From positions 1 through 44,689 of the forward strand of contig JAIEPI010000115.1 in the NCBI GenBank assembly GCA_019749855.1: 44,689 nucleotides of DNA, read 5' to 3'. A model generated the notes under the pieces. It was not told the origin of the DNA. It ran no database searches and saw nothing but the letters and a program-made list of their open reading frames with translations. The position numbers were made by a program, and so were the translations under genes. This DNA is from Rickettsiales bacterium (lineage in GTDB: Bacteria > Pseudomonadota > Alphaproteobacteria > Rickettsiales > UBA998). Shown piece by piece: positions 36,592 to 44,012 of this stretch (positions are counted from its first letter, which is position 1; every line of letters begins with the position of its first letter).

Positions 36592-36633
36592 GCTTAAATA
36601 GAAAATGCGCTTTCCAGAAACCAGAAAGCGCAT
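36592..36633 (-). terminator. rho-independent terminator downstream of the DUF488 gene
   Basis: 10-bp stem atgcgctttc/gaaagcgcat. On the minus strand it is followed by TTTCTATTT. Confidence 0.55.
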
Positions 36634-36641
36634 TATACTAT

Positions 36642-36710
36642 GCGGCGACCTATAGAGGATGACACAGGTGCCCCCTTGTCAGCTGGGTGCAAGTCCCGGT
36701 AGCCGCTCCA
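36642..36710 (+). other. tRNA-like acceptor/T-arm minihelix ending in CCA (not a canonical tRNA)
   Basis: GCGGCGA pairs with TAGCCGC (6 of 7). T arm CTGGG-TGCAAGT-CCCGG, then T-CCA. Only 34 nt lie between the acceptor 5' strand and the T arm, forming one bulged hairpin. Confidence 0.3.
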
Positions 36711-37124
36711 TTATTCTTCAAACAAAGATGCTTGTTTTGATTTTGCCTTCGGCTTTTTAGCCACAACATACTCTGGCACTTTCACGCCGAGATGTTCTTC
36801 AAACCATTCGGCCACCATGCGGCGGTGACACCATTCGTCTGGTTGGATTGGGTCTTTCTCCCAACATAACAGCACAGGCTCATGACCTTTTGCCAGTTCG
36901 TGCAGGTGGTCATAAACTTTTTGCGGATTGAGCGGTTTAAGAATTTCGCGAAAATAGCGCTCACGAAATTTGGCTTCACAGCATTTATATTCTTCGCTGT
37001 TGAACCATGTGCCTGGGTTTAATGCTCGGTAAAGTCTGTAGCCTTCGCCAAGGTTGCGGGGGAATCCGCGAGAGATGATTATCCGACCGGAACCAGTATA
37101 GTTCCAGAAATTGCTGGTTTGCAT
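36711..37124 (-). CDS. DUF488-family protein
   Basis: ...HEPVLLCWEKDPIQPDEWCHRRMVAEWF matches the LLC.E.....CHR hallmark of DUF488 as I recall it. Confidence 0.6.
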   Translation of the reverse strand: MQTSNFWNYTGSGRIIISRGFPRNLGEGYRLYRALNPGTWFNSEEYKCCEAKFRERYFREILKPLNPQKVYDHLHELAKGHEPVLLCWEKDPIQPDEWCHRRMVAEWFEEHLGVKVPEYVVAKKPKAKSKQASLFEE

Positions 37125-37142
37125 ATTCGTCCTTTTTTTGGT

Positions 37143-37154
37143 GGTTGTGGTAGT
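37143..37154 (-). promoter_or_regulatory. 12-mer box ACTACCACAACC
   Basis: Exact copy, 18 nt upstream of the ATG at 37124. An extended -10 TGCTATAAT lies 6 nt upstream of the box. Confidence 0.8.
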
Positions 37155-37209
37155 GGCAAAATTATAGCAGGAACAAATTACAAATCCAGCAATTTCAGCA
37201 CCTTAACAA

Positions 37210-37632
37210 TCATTCACCACGGACTCTTTTCAGCAAAACATCGTTGTCATCTTGACTGCTGCGATACTCATAAAGTGGTTGGTCTGGATGCTCTTGTGCG
37301 ATGATGAGCTGGTCATAAGACACATACCTCAGCTTCTCATTTCCGCCAGAAGTCACCGAGAAAACTTCACCCGCTTCCAAGTGTTCGCACAGCTCTTTTG
37401 CAAACACATTCAGATCGGCATCAACCAGTTCATCTTCTTCCTCATCATGGATGCGAGGGTGAGCAAAAGGGTACATCTCATAACTGCCAAAGCCGACACT
37501 GCGCTCTGTTTCGTTTTCTACCCATACCTCAACATCATCACCGAAGTGGTATTTCGCAAACCATTCTTTGAATTTCTCAACGTCTTTAACCTTGAAAAAG
37601 TTTGAGCGAAGCGCTCCATACATATCTGCCAT
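37210..37632 (-). CDS. hypothetical acidic protein
   Basis: 140-aa ORF with an acidic run (HDEEEDELVDADL). No motif recognised. Confidence 0.5.
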   Translation of the reverse strand: MADMYGALRSNFFKVKDVEKFKEWFAKYHFGDDVEVWVENETERSVGFGSYEMYPFAHPRIHDEEEDELVDADLNVFAKELCEHLEAGEVFSVTSGGNEKLRYVSYDQLIIAQEHPDQPLYEYRSSQDDNDVLLKRVRGE

Positions 37633-37640
37633 AACTCCTC

Positions 37641-38057
37641 CTATGCCGCTTCGTGGTTAGCAAGGGTATGACCTTGAGCTTTCAAATTCCGCAGCCATTG
37701 GCTGAGAAACGCACTTTGCCTGTCTAGCTCTTTGGTACGGACGCGGTCATTCTCATCAATGCACTCGCGATAACCAAGGAAATCTTGCATCGCCATTGGC
37801 AAAGCCATCTTCTTTTCGAGGTCAAGCCAGATACGCATATCTGGGTCTGGCACTGAATCGCCGTTCTGCTTGTAGTAATGCGCCAGCGCAATATCCAAAC
37901 GGTTCGGGCGACGGTCGAGCGCGTCATAGTGTAAATCCATGAAGCCGCCTGCGGTGAGTTTGCCTGCATCGCCGGGTTTCATGTTCTCAATGTTTGGTAT
38001 GAGCGCAACGATGCGTTCATAGTTGGCTTTGAATTGTCTAATAGTCGTCATGTTCAT
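37641..38057 (-). CDS. hypothetical protein, DUF1249/YqiB-like pattern (tentative)
   Basis: N-terminal F.ANYERIVALIP and C-terminal FLSQWLRNL resemble the YqiB-type layout. It is a paralog of the next gene. Confidence 0.4.
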   Translation of the reverse strand: MNMTTIRQFKANYERIVALIPNIENMKPGDAGKLTAGGFMDLHYDALDRRPNRLDIALAHYYKQNGDSVPDPDMRIWLDLEKKMALPMAMQDFLGYRECIDENDRVRTKELDRQSAFLSQWLRNLKAQGHTLANHEAA

Positions 38058-38075
38058 GGGTAGCTCCTGTTTTGA

Positions 38076-38465
38076 TTAGTGGATTGTTGCGTTGTCATTG
38101 CCGGCAAGGATGCCAAGCCAATTCGTAAGTCGATTATTCATCACGTTCAGAATCTGCTCATTCACGCCCTTCTTTGGCTCGCGTGTGTGCGTCGTGCCTC
38201 GGCATTTGAACCAGATAGATTCTGGAATTGCTTTGCGCTCATGCAGATCGAGCTTCACGGTCATTTTGTGGTCGGGCAGCAATTCTTCGCCGTGCCGATA
38301 ATGAAAGCCGATTTCCAGACGCATCACGGATTGCCCGCGCTGCTTTACTTTGATGATGCCAGTCATCGGGCTGGTTGGAATCGTGACACAATCCTGCGCC
38401 GCACTTTCTGCAACCGCGGGGAATACACTTAGTATTCGTTCGTAATGTTCTTTGTAAATGCACAT
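38076..38465 (-). CDS. hypothetical protein, paralog of 37641-38057 (tentative DUF1249-like)
   Basis: N-terminal YKEHYERILSVFP and C-terminal RLTNWLGIL. It is preceded by the box leader and a TTTACA-16-TAGAAT promoter. Confidence 0.4.
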   Translation of the reverse strand: MCIYKEHYERILSVFPAVAESAAQDCVTIPTSPMTGIIKVKQRGQSVMRLEIGFHYRHGEELLPDHKMTVKLDLHERKAIPESIWFKCRGTTHTREPKKGVNEQILNVMNNRLTNWLGILAGNDNATIH

Positions 38466-38487
38466 AGTTTTTGCCTCTTGGTTTGGT

Positions 38488-38499
38488 GGTTGTGGTAGT
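38488..38499 (-). promoter_or_regulatory. 12-mer box ACTACCACAACC
   Basis: Exact copy, 22 nt upstream of the ATG at 38465. Confidence 0.8.
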
Positions 38500-38506
38500 G
38501 AAAATT

Positions 38507-38534
38507 ATTCTAGCTTTTTTACCTTTTATGTAAA
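38507..38534 (-). promoter_or_regulatory. sigma70-type promoter TTTACA-16-TAGAAT
   Basis: The -10 lies 7 nt upstream of the first A of the 12-mer box. Confidence 0.55.
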
Positions 38535-38580
38535 GGAAAATCGGAATAAATAACTATAAATATCAATAGCTTATACACCA

Positions 38581-39168
38581 TTAATCCGCCTTTCTCTTGG
38601 CGTTTTTTAACCGCTCTAAAACTGCTTCGTAATTGCGGAGGTGGGCAAAGCTCATCCAGTTGTTGCTTCCGCCTGTGTAATCGCGGCGGTGCTTGCATGA
38701 GCGGTAGAGAATTTGAAGGTCACTACCGCAACTTCCTTGCGCTAACTGCACATACAAATCATCGGTATGCAGAGTGACTTCACCGCTGACCGCGATGCCT
38801 GCCTTGTTGTTTCGCAGATCGAAACTGCCCTTGGCATAACCCAAATCGCAGGCAATTTGTTTTAGCAGTGCTTTGCCGCGTCTGTGGAATTGCTCCTTTG
38901 CTTCTGCATCGTATGCGACTGGGCGAGAGGCAACTTCAAGGAAGCTGCGCGCTAGTTTGTTTGCGCTTAGGCGGTCAACCTGACTATCAATCCATTTTTT
39001 GCAATCTGCCTCTGTATGCGCTTCCCACACACGCTGGCGGATATTGCTCATGTGATAGACGCTGAAATTCTGCGCCTCAAATTGCACGATGCGGTAGCCG
39101 CGATATTCCTCCTGAGGGAATTCAAGCACCGTCATATCTTGGTAGTGAGTTATCTGTCCTGGTTTCAT
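38581..39168 (-). CDS. hypothetical protein
   Basis: I prefer the ATG at 39168 (MKPGQITHY), preceded by AGGAGAA. No motif recognised. Confidence 0.5.
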   Translation of the reverse strand: MKPGQITHYQDMTVLEFPQEEYRGYRIVQFEAQNFSVYHMSNIRQRVWEAHTEADCKKWIDSQVDRLSANKLARSFLEVASRPVAYDAEAKEQFHRRGKALLKQIACDLGYAKGSFDLRNNKAGIAVSGEVTLHTDDLYVQLAQGSCGSDLQILYRSCKHRRDYTGGSNNWMSFAHLRNYEAVLERLKNAKRKAD

Positions 39169-39264
39169 AATCTGTTCTCCTGTTAATGTTTCAAATTCAG
39201 GCCGCAGTTTTCCACCCGCTGCTTTGGCGGCGGTCACAACGACTTATTGGTTGGGTGGGTTAGG

Positions 39265-39597
39265 CTATTTCCAGTCTGGCAAAGACACTTCTATGGTCTT
39301 GCCTTCTGGCACTGGCACTTTGCTAATCAGGTAGCCGAGGCGATTTACCCATCGGCATCCACTGGCTAGAAATGGCGGCTCGCCATCGTTATTATCCATC
39401 AGCGTCCAAATGCAGCGTGGGTCTTGCCTGACCACAAACTCATATTCTGCCCCGTAAGTTTCAAACAGGCAGCCGCGCTGATCGGCATCGTTTTCTGAAA
39501 TATAAACCCAGCCTGCACTGGGATTGAGATGATTATGCACGAGCGGAAACTGCTCGTTAAATTCATCCTCATTTAGCTGTATTAATTCCTCTGTCAT
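39265..39597 (-). CDS. hypothetical small acidic protein
   Basis: The ATG at 39597 follows AAAGGAGAG. The ORF-track extension would read through the leader. Confidence 0.5.
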   Translation of the reverse strand: MTEELIQLNEDEFNEQFPLVHNHLNPSAGWVYISENDADQRGCLFETYGAEYEFVVRQDPRCIWTLMDNNDGEPPFLASGCRWVNRLGYLISKVPVPEGKTIEVSLPDWK

Positions 39598-39623
39598 CGT
39601 TGCTCTCCTTTGGTTTGGTTGGT

Positions 39624-39635
39624 GGTTGTGGTAGT
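39624..39635 (-). promoter_or_regulatory. 12-mer box ACTACCACAACC
   Basis: Exact copy, 26 nt upstream of the ATG at 39597. Confidence 0.8.
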
Positions 39636-39641
39636 AAAAAC

Positions 39642-39674
39642 ATTCTAACTTTATGATAGTGACCGTCCACAAAA
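39642..39674 (-). promoter_or_regulatory. promoter TGGACG-16-TAGAAT with TTTTGTGGACGGT box
   Basis: The -10 lies 6 nt upstream of the 12-mer box. Confidence 0.55.
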
Positions 39675-39713
39675 ATCGGCAGAAAATCACTATAATTCAG
39701 CATATTATTTCCC

Positions 39714-40505
39714 TTAAAATTCAAACATAAACTGGGCGGTTTGCTGGGGTGGCGGCATAACAATTTGCGGTTCTGGCTCTGGTCGTGGCGGCAGTTCAAA
39801 AGCAGGCAACAGATTACCTGATACACCATGTCGCTGCATGAGCTTCCATTGCGGTGTTGAGCGTTTATCCCAATGCTCCATGCGCAACGTGTCACCATGA
39901 ATAACCACGCCTGGAAGTTCCAGCGCAGCCAACTGAAAATACGCCATGTTGAAACAGGTGCGGTTTATATCTATGGCTTGAAACAGCATCGTGCAGCGCG
40001 GATCATGCCCTTCATCGCGCAGGGCGTTTGCCGCCTCAATAACCATCACACCAGCACCGCAAGCGGGCTCTTGGAGGGTCACATAGCCTTTTGCCTTAAT
40101 AAGCTCTCCTAAGCCGCTCATTTGCATTTTTGCCATCATGCGGCTGATATTGCTGGGCGAGAAAAACTCACCATTGTGTTTATTGCTTATTTCCAGCTGC
40201 ATATACTGCTCGCCAAGGAAATCTTCCTGCGTACTGCGCAGCGCAATCACCGAGATGCCGTAAAGGGCAACAATCTGGTCAATTTCCTCTCGGTTATATT
40301 TCTTAATGGTCGAAAGATAGAGCTCTTCGATACGCTCATAATCTTCGTCTTTCTCCAGCAAGCCCAAATGATAGGGTTGCTGGTGGATTGTGCAGGCAGC
40401 AATTTCGATAAAATCACGAAATGCGTCATGCCAATTACGGCGATAACACAATTTATCAAAGGACGTGCGAAAGGCTTTGCCGCTGTCGGCAATGGATTTA
40501 TTCAT
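39714..40505 (-). CDS. N6-DNA-methylase-like SAM-binding protein lacking a visible catalytic (D/N)PP(F/Y/W) motif
   Basis: GEFFSPSNISRMMAKM (motif X-like), EPACGAGVMVIEA (motif I) and ...IHGDTL are present. The ORF then ends in a Pro-rich tail without NPPF/Y. Confidence 0.55.
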   Translation of the reverse strand: MNKSIADSGKAFRTSFDKLCYRRNWHDAFRDFIEIAACTIHQQPYHLGLLEKDEDYERIEELYLSTIKKYNREEIDQIVALYGISVIALRSTQEDFLGEQYMQLEISNKHNGEFFSPSNISRMMAKMQMSGLGELIKAKGYVTLQEPACGAGVMVIEAANALRDEGHDPRCTMLFQAIDINRTCFNMAYFQLAALELPGVVIHGDTLRMEHWDKRSTPQWKLMQRHGVSGNLLPAFELPPRPEPEPQIVMPPPQQTAQFMFEF

Positions 40506-40573
40506 AAAAACTCCGGTGGTTATTGCGCTTCTAAAAAATCAAGTCATAATGCGCCCACGGCCTCCTTATGGGA

Positions 40574-40585
40574 GGTTGTGGTAGT
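40574..40585 (-). promoter_or_regulatory. 12-mer box ACTACCACAACC
   Basis: Exact copy, 68 nt upstream of the ATG at 40505. It is followed by the small hairpin CCTCC-CATAA-GGAGG. Confidence 0.8.
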
Positions 40586-40614
40586 GCGCTTTGGGGTGGT
40601 ACTCTGGCGCCGGT

Positions 40615-40640
40615 GACGGAGGGTGTTAAAACCCTCCGTC
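40615..40640. terminator. 10-bp hairpin just after the large parB-like gene
   Basis: gacggagggt-gttaaa-accctccgtc. There is no T-run on the minus strand, so it may be a terminator, attenuator or processing site. Confidence 0.35.
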
Positions 40641-40649
40641 ATTTAATGA

Positions 40650-42521
40650 TTACGCCATGCCTTTCGGCAGCCACGTTTTCAGCTTGGCTTGTTGCTCCGG
40701 CGTAAACTGCGGCTGGTCAGGACTGGCAAATGCCCCATGCAGCACGGCAACCACATCACCTTTCGGCTTCTTGCCTTGTTCCTTTGCCCATGCTTCACCA
40801 AAGATATGCTCGCCAATTTCCAGCACATCCTTTTTGGTCACACGGTCAAAGAAGTTAGTCTGGCTCGGCCGCCAATGCTTCGCAACATCAACACCAAGAC
40901 GCTTAAACACCGCTTCGGCAACTGGTGAAGGCTTATCCTCGATTGACAACTGCGGCATGAGCGAGCGGGAAACACAGGCTGCAAATAATCGCTGCTTCAC
41001 CTCTAAGGACAACTCGCAGAAGGCTTTGAATTTCTCGCCTTCGTCCTTGATGTTCATCCATGCAAGCGGCAAGCTGGCAAAGAGTTTTTCTTCTTCACTG
41101 TGCAATGCCGTGCCTGTTTCATCCTCAGACACCATGAGATGCGGGAAGTGATAGTTTTCTGGCTTCACCCGCAGCCAGTCCTTGCCGTAGTAGTAGCTAT
41201 GAGCGGAATTGAGGCTGCGCAGGCACATCATGTAAACCGTTGCATCAAACGCCACTTCAAAGTTCTGCGCCATATACGGACGCTCGACTTGCAGGCGGTA
41301 GTTTTTCAGGCGGTCAACAAGTGCCTGGCTATAAGGCATCGTATGCTTGGCAGCATTGCTGATATTTGCCCCTTCGGTTTTTTCAGCAGACTTAGCGGCA
41401 GCTTTTTTATCATCGGGATGAATCATTCCCTCCAAGATTTCTGCCGTACCATTATGCTGAATGGTGATGACACAGCCCGACGAAGCACGCTCTTCTTCGG
41501 TAAAGCCTGAATATTCTGCCAATTTCGCTTCAAGCTCTTCCTGCTCCTTACGGAGTGCGTCAGCTGCATCGTCGTCATAATCCTCAGCAGCATCCATTTC
41601 TTCCATTTTGCTTTCCAGCACTTCTTGCTGTTTCAGCAATTTCTTTGGAATCTCGCCAATCTGATGCGGATAGAAGCGGCCATACTGCTGTTTATCTTCC
41701 CAGCCAAAATCAAGACGGACTTCAACCCATTTCCACTTTTCTTTCAGCGGCTCGGCTATCTTATTGAGCTTTTCCTCTGCTAATTCATGGAGCAGCTCCA
41801 GATCTTCGAGATAGAAAGAATCACGTTCACCGAATAAATCGGTGCGGAATGCGCCACCCGCTAATTTATAGGTATCGAGTCCGACAAATTTTGCCAGCTT
41901 GTCATCACCGCGCACCATCGTTTCTGTGAGTGCGCCGCGTATGGTGTTAGGCTGTCTGATTTGCCAGCTGTCTTTGAATTGCTTGAACACATCTTCTTGC
42001 TTGGCGTGGTCATCTGTAATGGTAAACGCCATCAGGCTTTCCAGCGACAACTCCTCATTGCGGTATGCCTTCATTAGTTTGGGCGACACACGACCAAGTT
42101 TTAAGCGCTGCTCTACGGTGATTTCTGCGACACCGAACCGAGCGGCAATATCGGCAATGGACATTTCATTCGACAGCTTTGCCCATGCTTCAAACTGATC
42201 GGCTGGGTGCATCTGTGAGCGCACAACGTTTTCGGCAAGGCTGATTTCCTCAGCCTTATCTTCTTCGACAATTTGGCAGTTCACTGCATGGGTTTTCGGC
42301 AGCTTTCCTTGCTTCTGCAATAAGTGCAGCGCAGTCAAGCGGCGACCACCAGCAACGACTTCAAATTTATTTTTCTCTTTCGTTTTGATGACGATGAGAT
42401 TTTCCAGCAAGCCGTGCGCGGCAATGCTGGAAGTGAGTTCATCCAAACCCTTCTTTGTGTCAGTTTTCCTGACGTTGAAGTGCTTGGAAACACTAAGGTT
42501 ACTTAACTGAATTGTTTGCAT
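40650..42521 (-). CDS. large ParB-N-domain protein (623 aa) of plasmid/ICE type
   Basis: The ATG at 42521 follows AAGGAGAA. LSVSKHFNVRK...LTSSIAAHGLLENLIVIK...FEVVAGGRRLTALHLL, followed by a long C-terminal extension with an acidic coiled region. Confidence 0.75.
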   Translation of the reverse strand: MQTIQLSNLSVSKHFNVRKTDTKKGLDELTSSIAAHGLLENLIVIKTKEKNKFEVVAGGRRLTALHLLQKQGKLPKTHAVNCQIVEEDKAEEISLAENVVRSQMHPADQFEAWAKLSNEMSIADIAARFGVAEITVEQRLKLGRVSPKLMKAYRNEELSLESLMAFTITDDHAKQEDVFKQFKDSWQIRQPNTIRGALTETMVRGDDKLAKFVGLDTYKLAGGAFRTDLFGERDSFYLEDLELLHELAEEKLNKIAEPLKEKWKWVEVRLDFGWEDKQQYGRFYPHQIGEIPKKLLKQQEVLESKMEEMDAAEDYDDDAADALRKEQEELEAKLAEYSGFTEEERASSGCVITIQHNGTAEILEGMIHPDDKKAAAKSAEKTEGANISNAAKHTMPYSQALVDRLKNYRLQVERPYMAQNFEVAFDATVYMMCLRSLNSAHSYYYGKDWLRVKPENYHFPHLMVSEDETGTALHSEEEKLFASLPLAWMNIKDEGEKFKAFCELSLEVKQRLFAACVSRSLMPQLSIEDKPSPVAEAVFKRLGVDVAKHWRPSQTNFFDRVTKKDVLEIGEHIFGEAWAKEQGKKPKGDVVAVLHGAFASPDQPQFTPEQQAKLKTWLPKGMA

Positions 42522-42539
42522 TTTGTTCTCCTTGGTTTT

Positions 42540-42551
42540 GGTTGTGGTAGT
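42540..42551 (-). promoter_or_regulatory. 12-mer box ACTACCACAACC
   Basis: Exact copy, 18 nt upstream of the ATG at 42521. Confidence 0.8.
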
Positions 42552-42571
42552 TGGCAATAGTGCCAATAAAA

Positions 42572-42604
42572 ATCCTATCCTAGTAACCTTGACCGTCCAC
42601 AAAA
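42572..42604 (-). promoter_or_regulatory. promoter TGGACG-16-TAGGAT with TTTTGTGGACGGT box; palindrome TTGGCA-N4-TGCCAA at 42551-42566
   Basis: By manual alignment, about 68 of 78 positions are identical with the region upstream of 35440-36465. Confidence 0.5.
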
Positions 42605-42659
42605 TTCGACCTGCAAACAAAAATAATTTTCAACGATAACAAAAGGTTGTAAGGTTGCC

Positions 42660-44012
42660 ATGTTCTACGGAGCCGTCCCTACAGAGTGCATCGAGCAGGT
42701 GTTCCGCATCATTGATTTCAGCGCATGGCAAAAAGCCTATGTGTGCTGCTCTGGCAGTTTCCGCATTGAGCGTGCGCTGAAAGCAAAATTTCCGCATCTG
42801 CAAGTCATCAGCAATGATGTGAGTTTGTATTCCTCTGCGGTCGGCTATCTCGCTTGCAACAAAGAATTCAACATCATGTTTGAAGGCGACCTGTCATTTA
42901 TTCAGGAGCGGCCAGACGTAAACAGCTTCTTTGAAAAAACAGCGGCATTGCTGGTTGCCTGCGATATGGCACGGTACGGCGGGCGCAAAAATGAATATGC
43001 CCGCAAGCATTTCAATTACTACGTTGAAAACTTTGAGCATTTCTTCAACAAGGCAAAAGACCGCCTTGACCGCATCATCCCTGAAATGCCACTGCAAGGC
43101 TATTTCGCTGGCGATTGGCGCACCCATGTCAAACACGCCATCGAGGAAGGCGCTGGCATCCTAGCGTTCCCGCCTTTCTTCAAAGGCGATTATGAAAGCC
43201 AGTTCAAATTTATCGACAACAACATCCACTGGCCTGCACCAGACTACGACATCTACGAGCCGAAAATGCTCGGCAAAATTATTGATGAAGTTGACGCATC
43301 AGGCGTGGACTATTGCATCCTATCTGATCAGCTCTTTGAACATCGCAAGCCCGTGCTGGAATATGTGACTGGGCGCAAAGTGCCGCATTACTGCTACGCT
43401 CGCACCGATAAATCCAGCGTGCGCCATATCTACAAAGCACCAGAGCCATTTGCCTATGACCCCATAACCCCAGCCAAGCTGACTGCCAAAAGTGAGGTTC
43501 AGGTTGTTCTTGCTGAAAGCCGCCACATGGATTTCATCAAAGACATCTACCTGCAAAAAACCATCATCCACACAAGCGGCGTGGCTAACTTTCTAATCTT
43601 CATCGATAAAATGTTGGTCGGCGGCATCATTTATTCCCTGCCGAAATTTCCAACTTTCGGACACAACACGATTTACCTGCTGTCGGATGTGACAATCAGC
43701 CGCGATGCAAAACTTTCCAAACTCATTGCCAAGCTCGCCACGTCCAAAACTCTGCTTTCGCTAGTCAGCAAAAAGCTCATCAGCCGAGTTGATTATGTGG
43801 TGACCACCGCACGGACGCATAACCCCGTTTCTATGAAATATCGGGGCATTTACGAAATGCTGAACCGACGTGAAGCTGACGACCCTGCGGAAGGGAACAT
43901 CATTAACTACGGCTCTGCCATGCGCGACGAAACTCCGCAAGAAATGTACTCCGCGTGGTACTGGCCTAACTATGGGAAAAAATATGTCGAGCAAAAACAA
44001 AAAAGCAAGTGA
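42660..44012 (+). CDS. methyltransferase-like protein (Dam/D12-like layout, degenerate FPPF motif) with unknown C-terminal domain
   Basis: VCCSGSF near residue 30 and AFPPFF near residue 172 mimic the motif I / motif IV spacing of alpha-class N6-adenine MTases. The residue before PP is Phe, not D/N/S. Confidence 0.4.
   Translation: MFYGAVPTECIEQVFRIIDFSAWQKAYVCCSGSFRIERALKAKFPHLQVISNDVSLYSSAVGYLACNKEFNIMFEGDLSFIQERPDVNSFFEKTAALLVACDMARYGGRKNEYARKHFNYYVENFEHFFNKAKDRLDRIIPEMPLQGYFAGDWRTHVKHAIEEGAGILAFPPFFKGDYESQFKFIDNNIHWPAPDYDIYEPKMLGKIIDEVDASGVDYCILSDQLFEHRKPVLEYVTGRKVPHYCYARTDKSSVRHIYKAPEPFAYDPITPAKLTAKSEVQVVLAESRHMDFIKDIYLQKTIIHTSGVANFLIFIDKMLVGGIIYSLPKFPTFGHNTIYLLSDVTISRDAKLSKLIAKLATSKTLLSLVSKKLISRVDYVVTTARTHNPVSMKYRGIYEMLNRREADDPAEGNIINYGSAMRDETPQEMYSAWYWPNYGKKYVEQKQKSK

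Noticed and set aside
36642-36710. A bona fide 69-nt tRNA gene
   Set aside because: It is too short, no D arm or 7-nt anticodon loop can be drawn, and the T loop has G at the conserved U55 position. It is reported only as a tRNA-like element.
42551-42566. TGGCAC...TTGC resembling a sigma54 -24/-12 promoter upstream of the large parB-like gene
   Set aside because: The spacing between GG and GC is wrong: TGGCAC-TA-TTGC gives about 2 nt instead of 5. The sequence is better explained as the palindrome TTGGCA-N4-TGCCAA.
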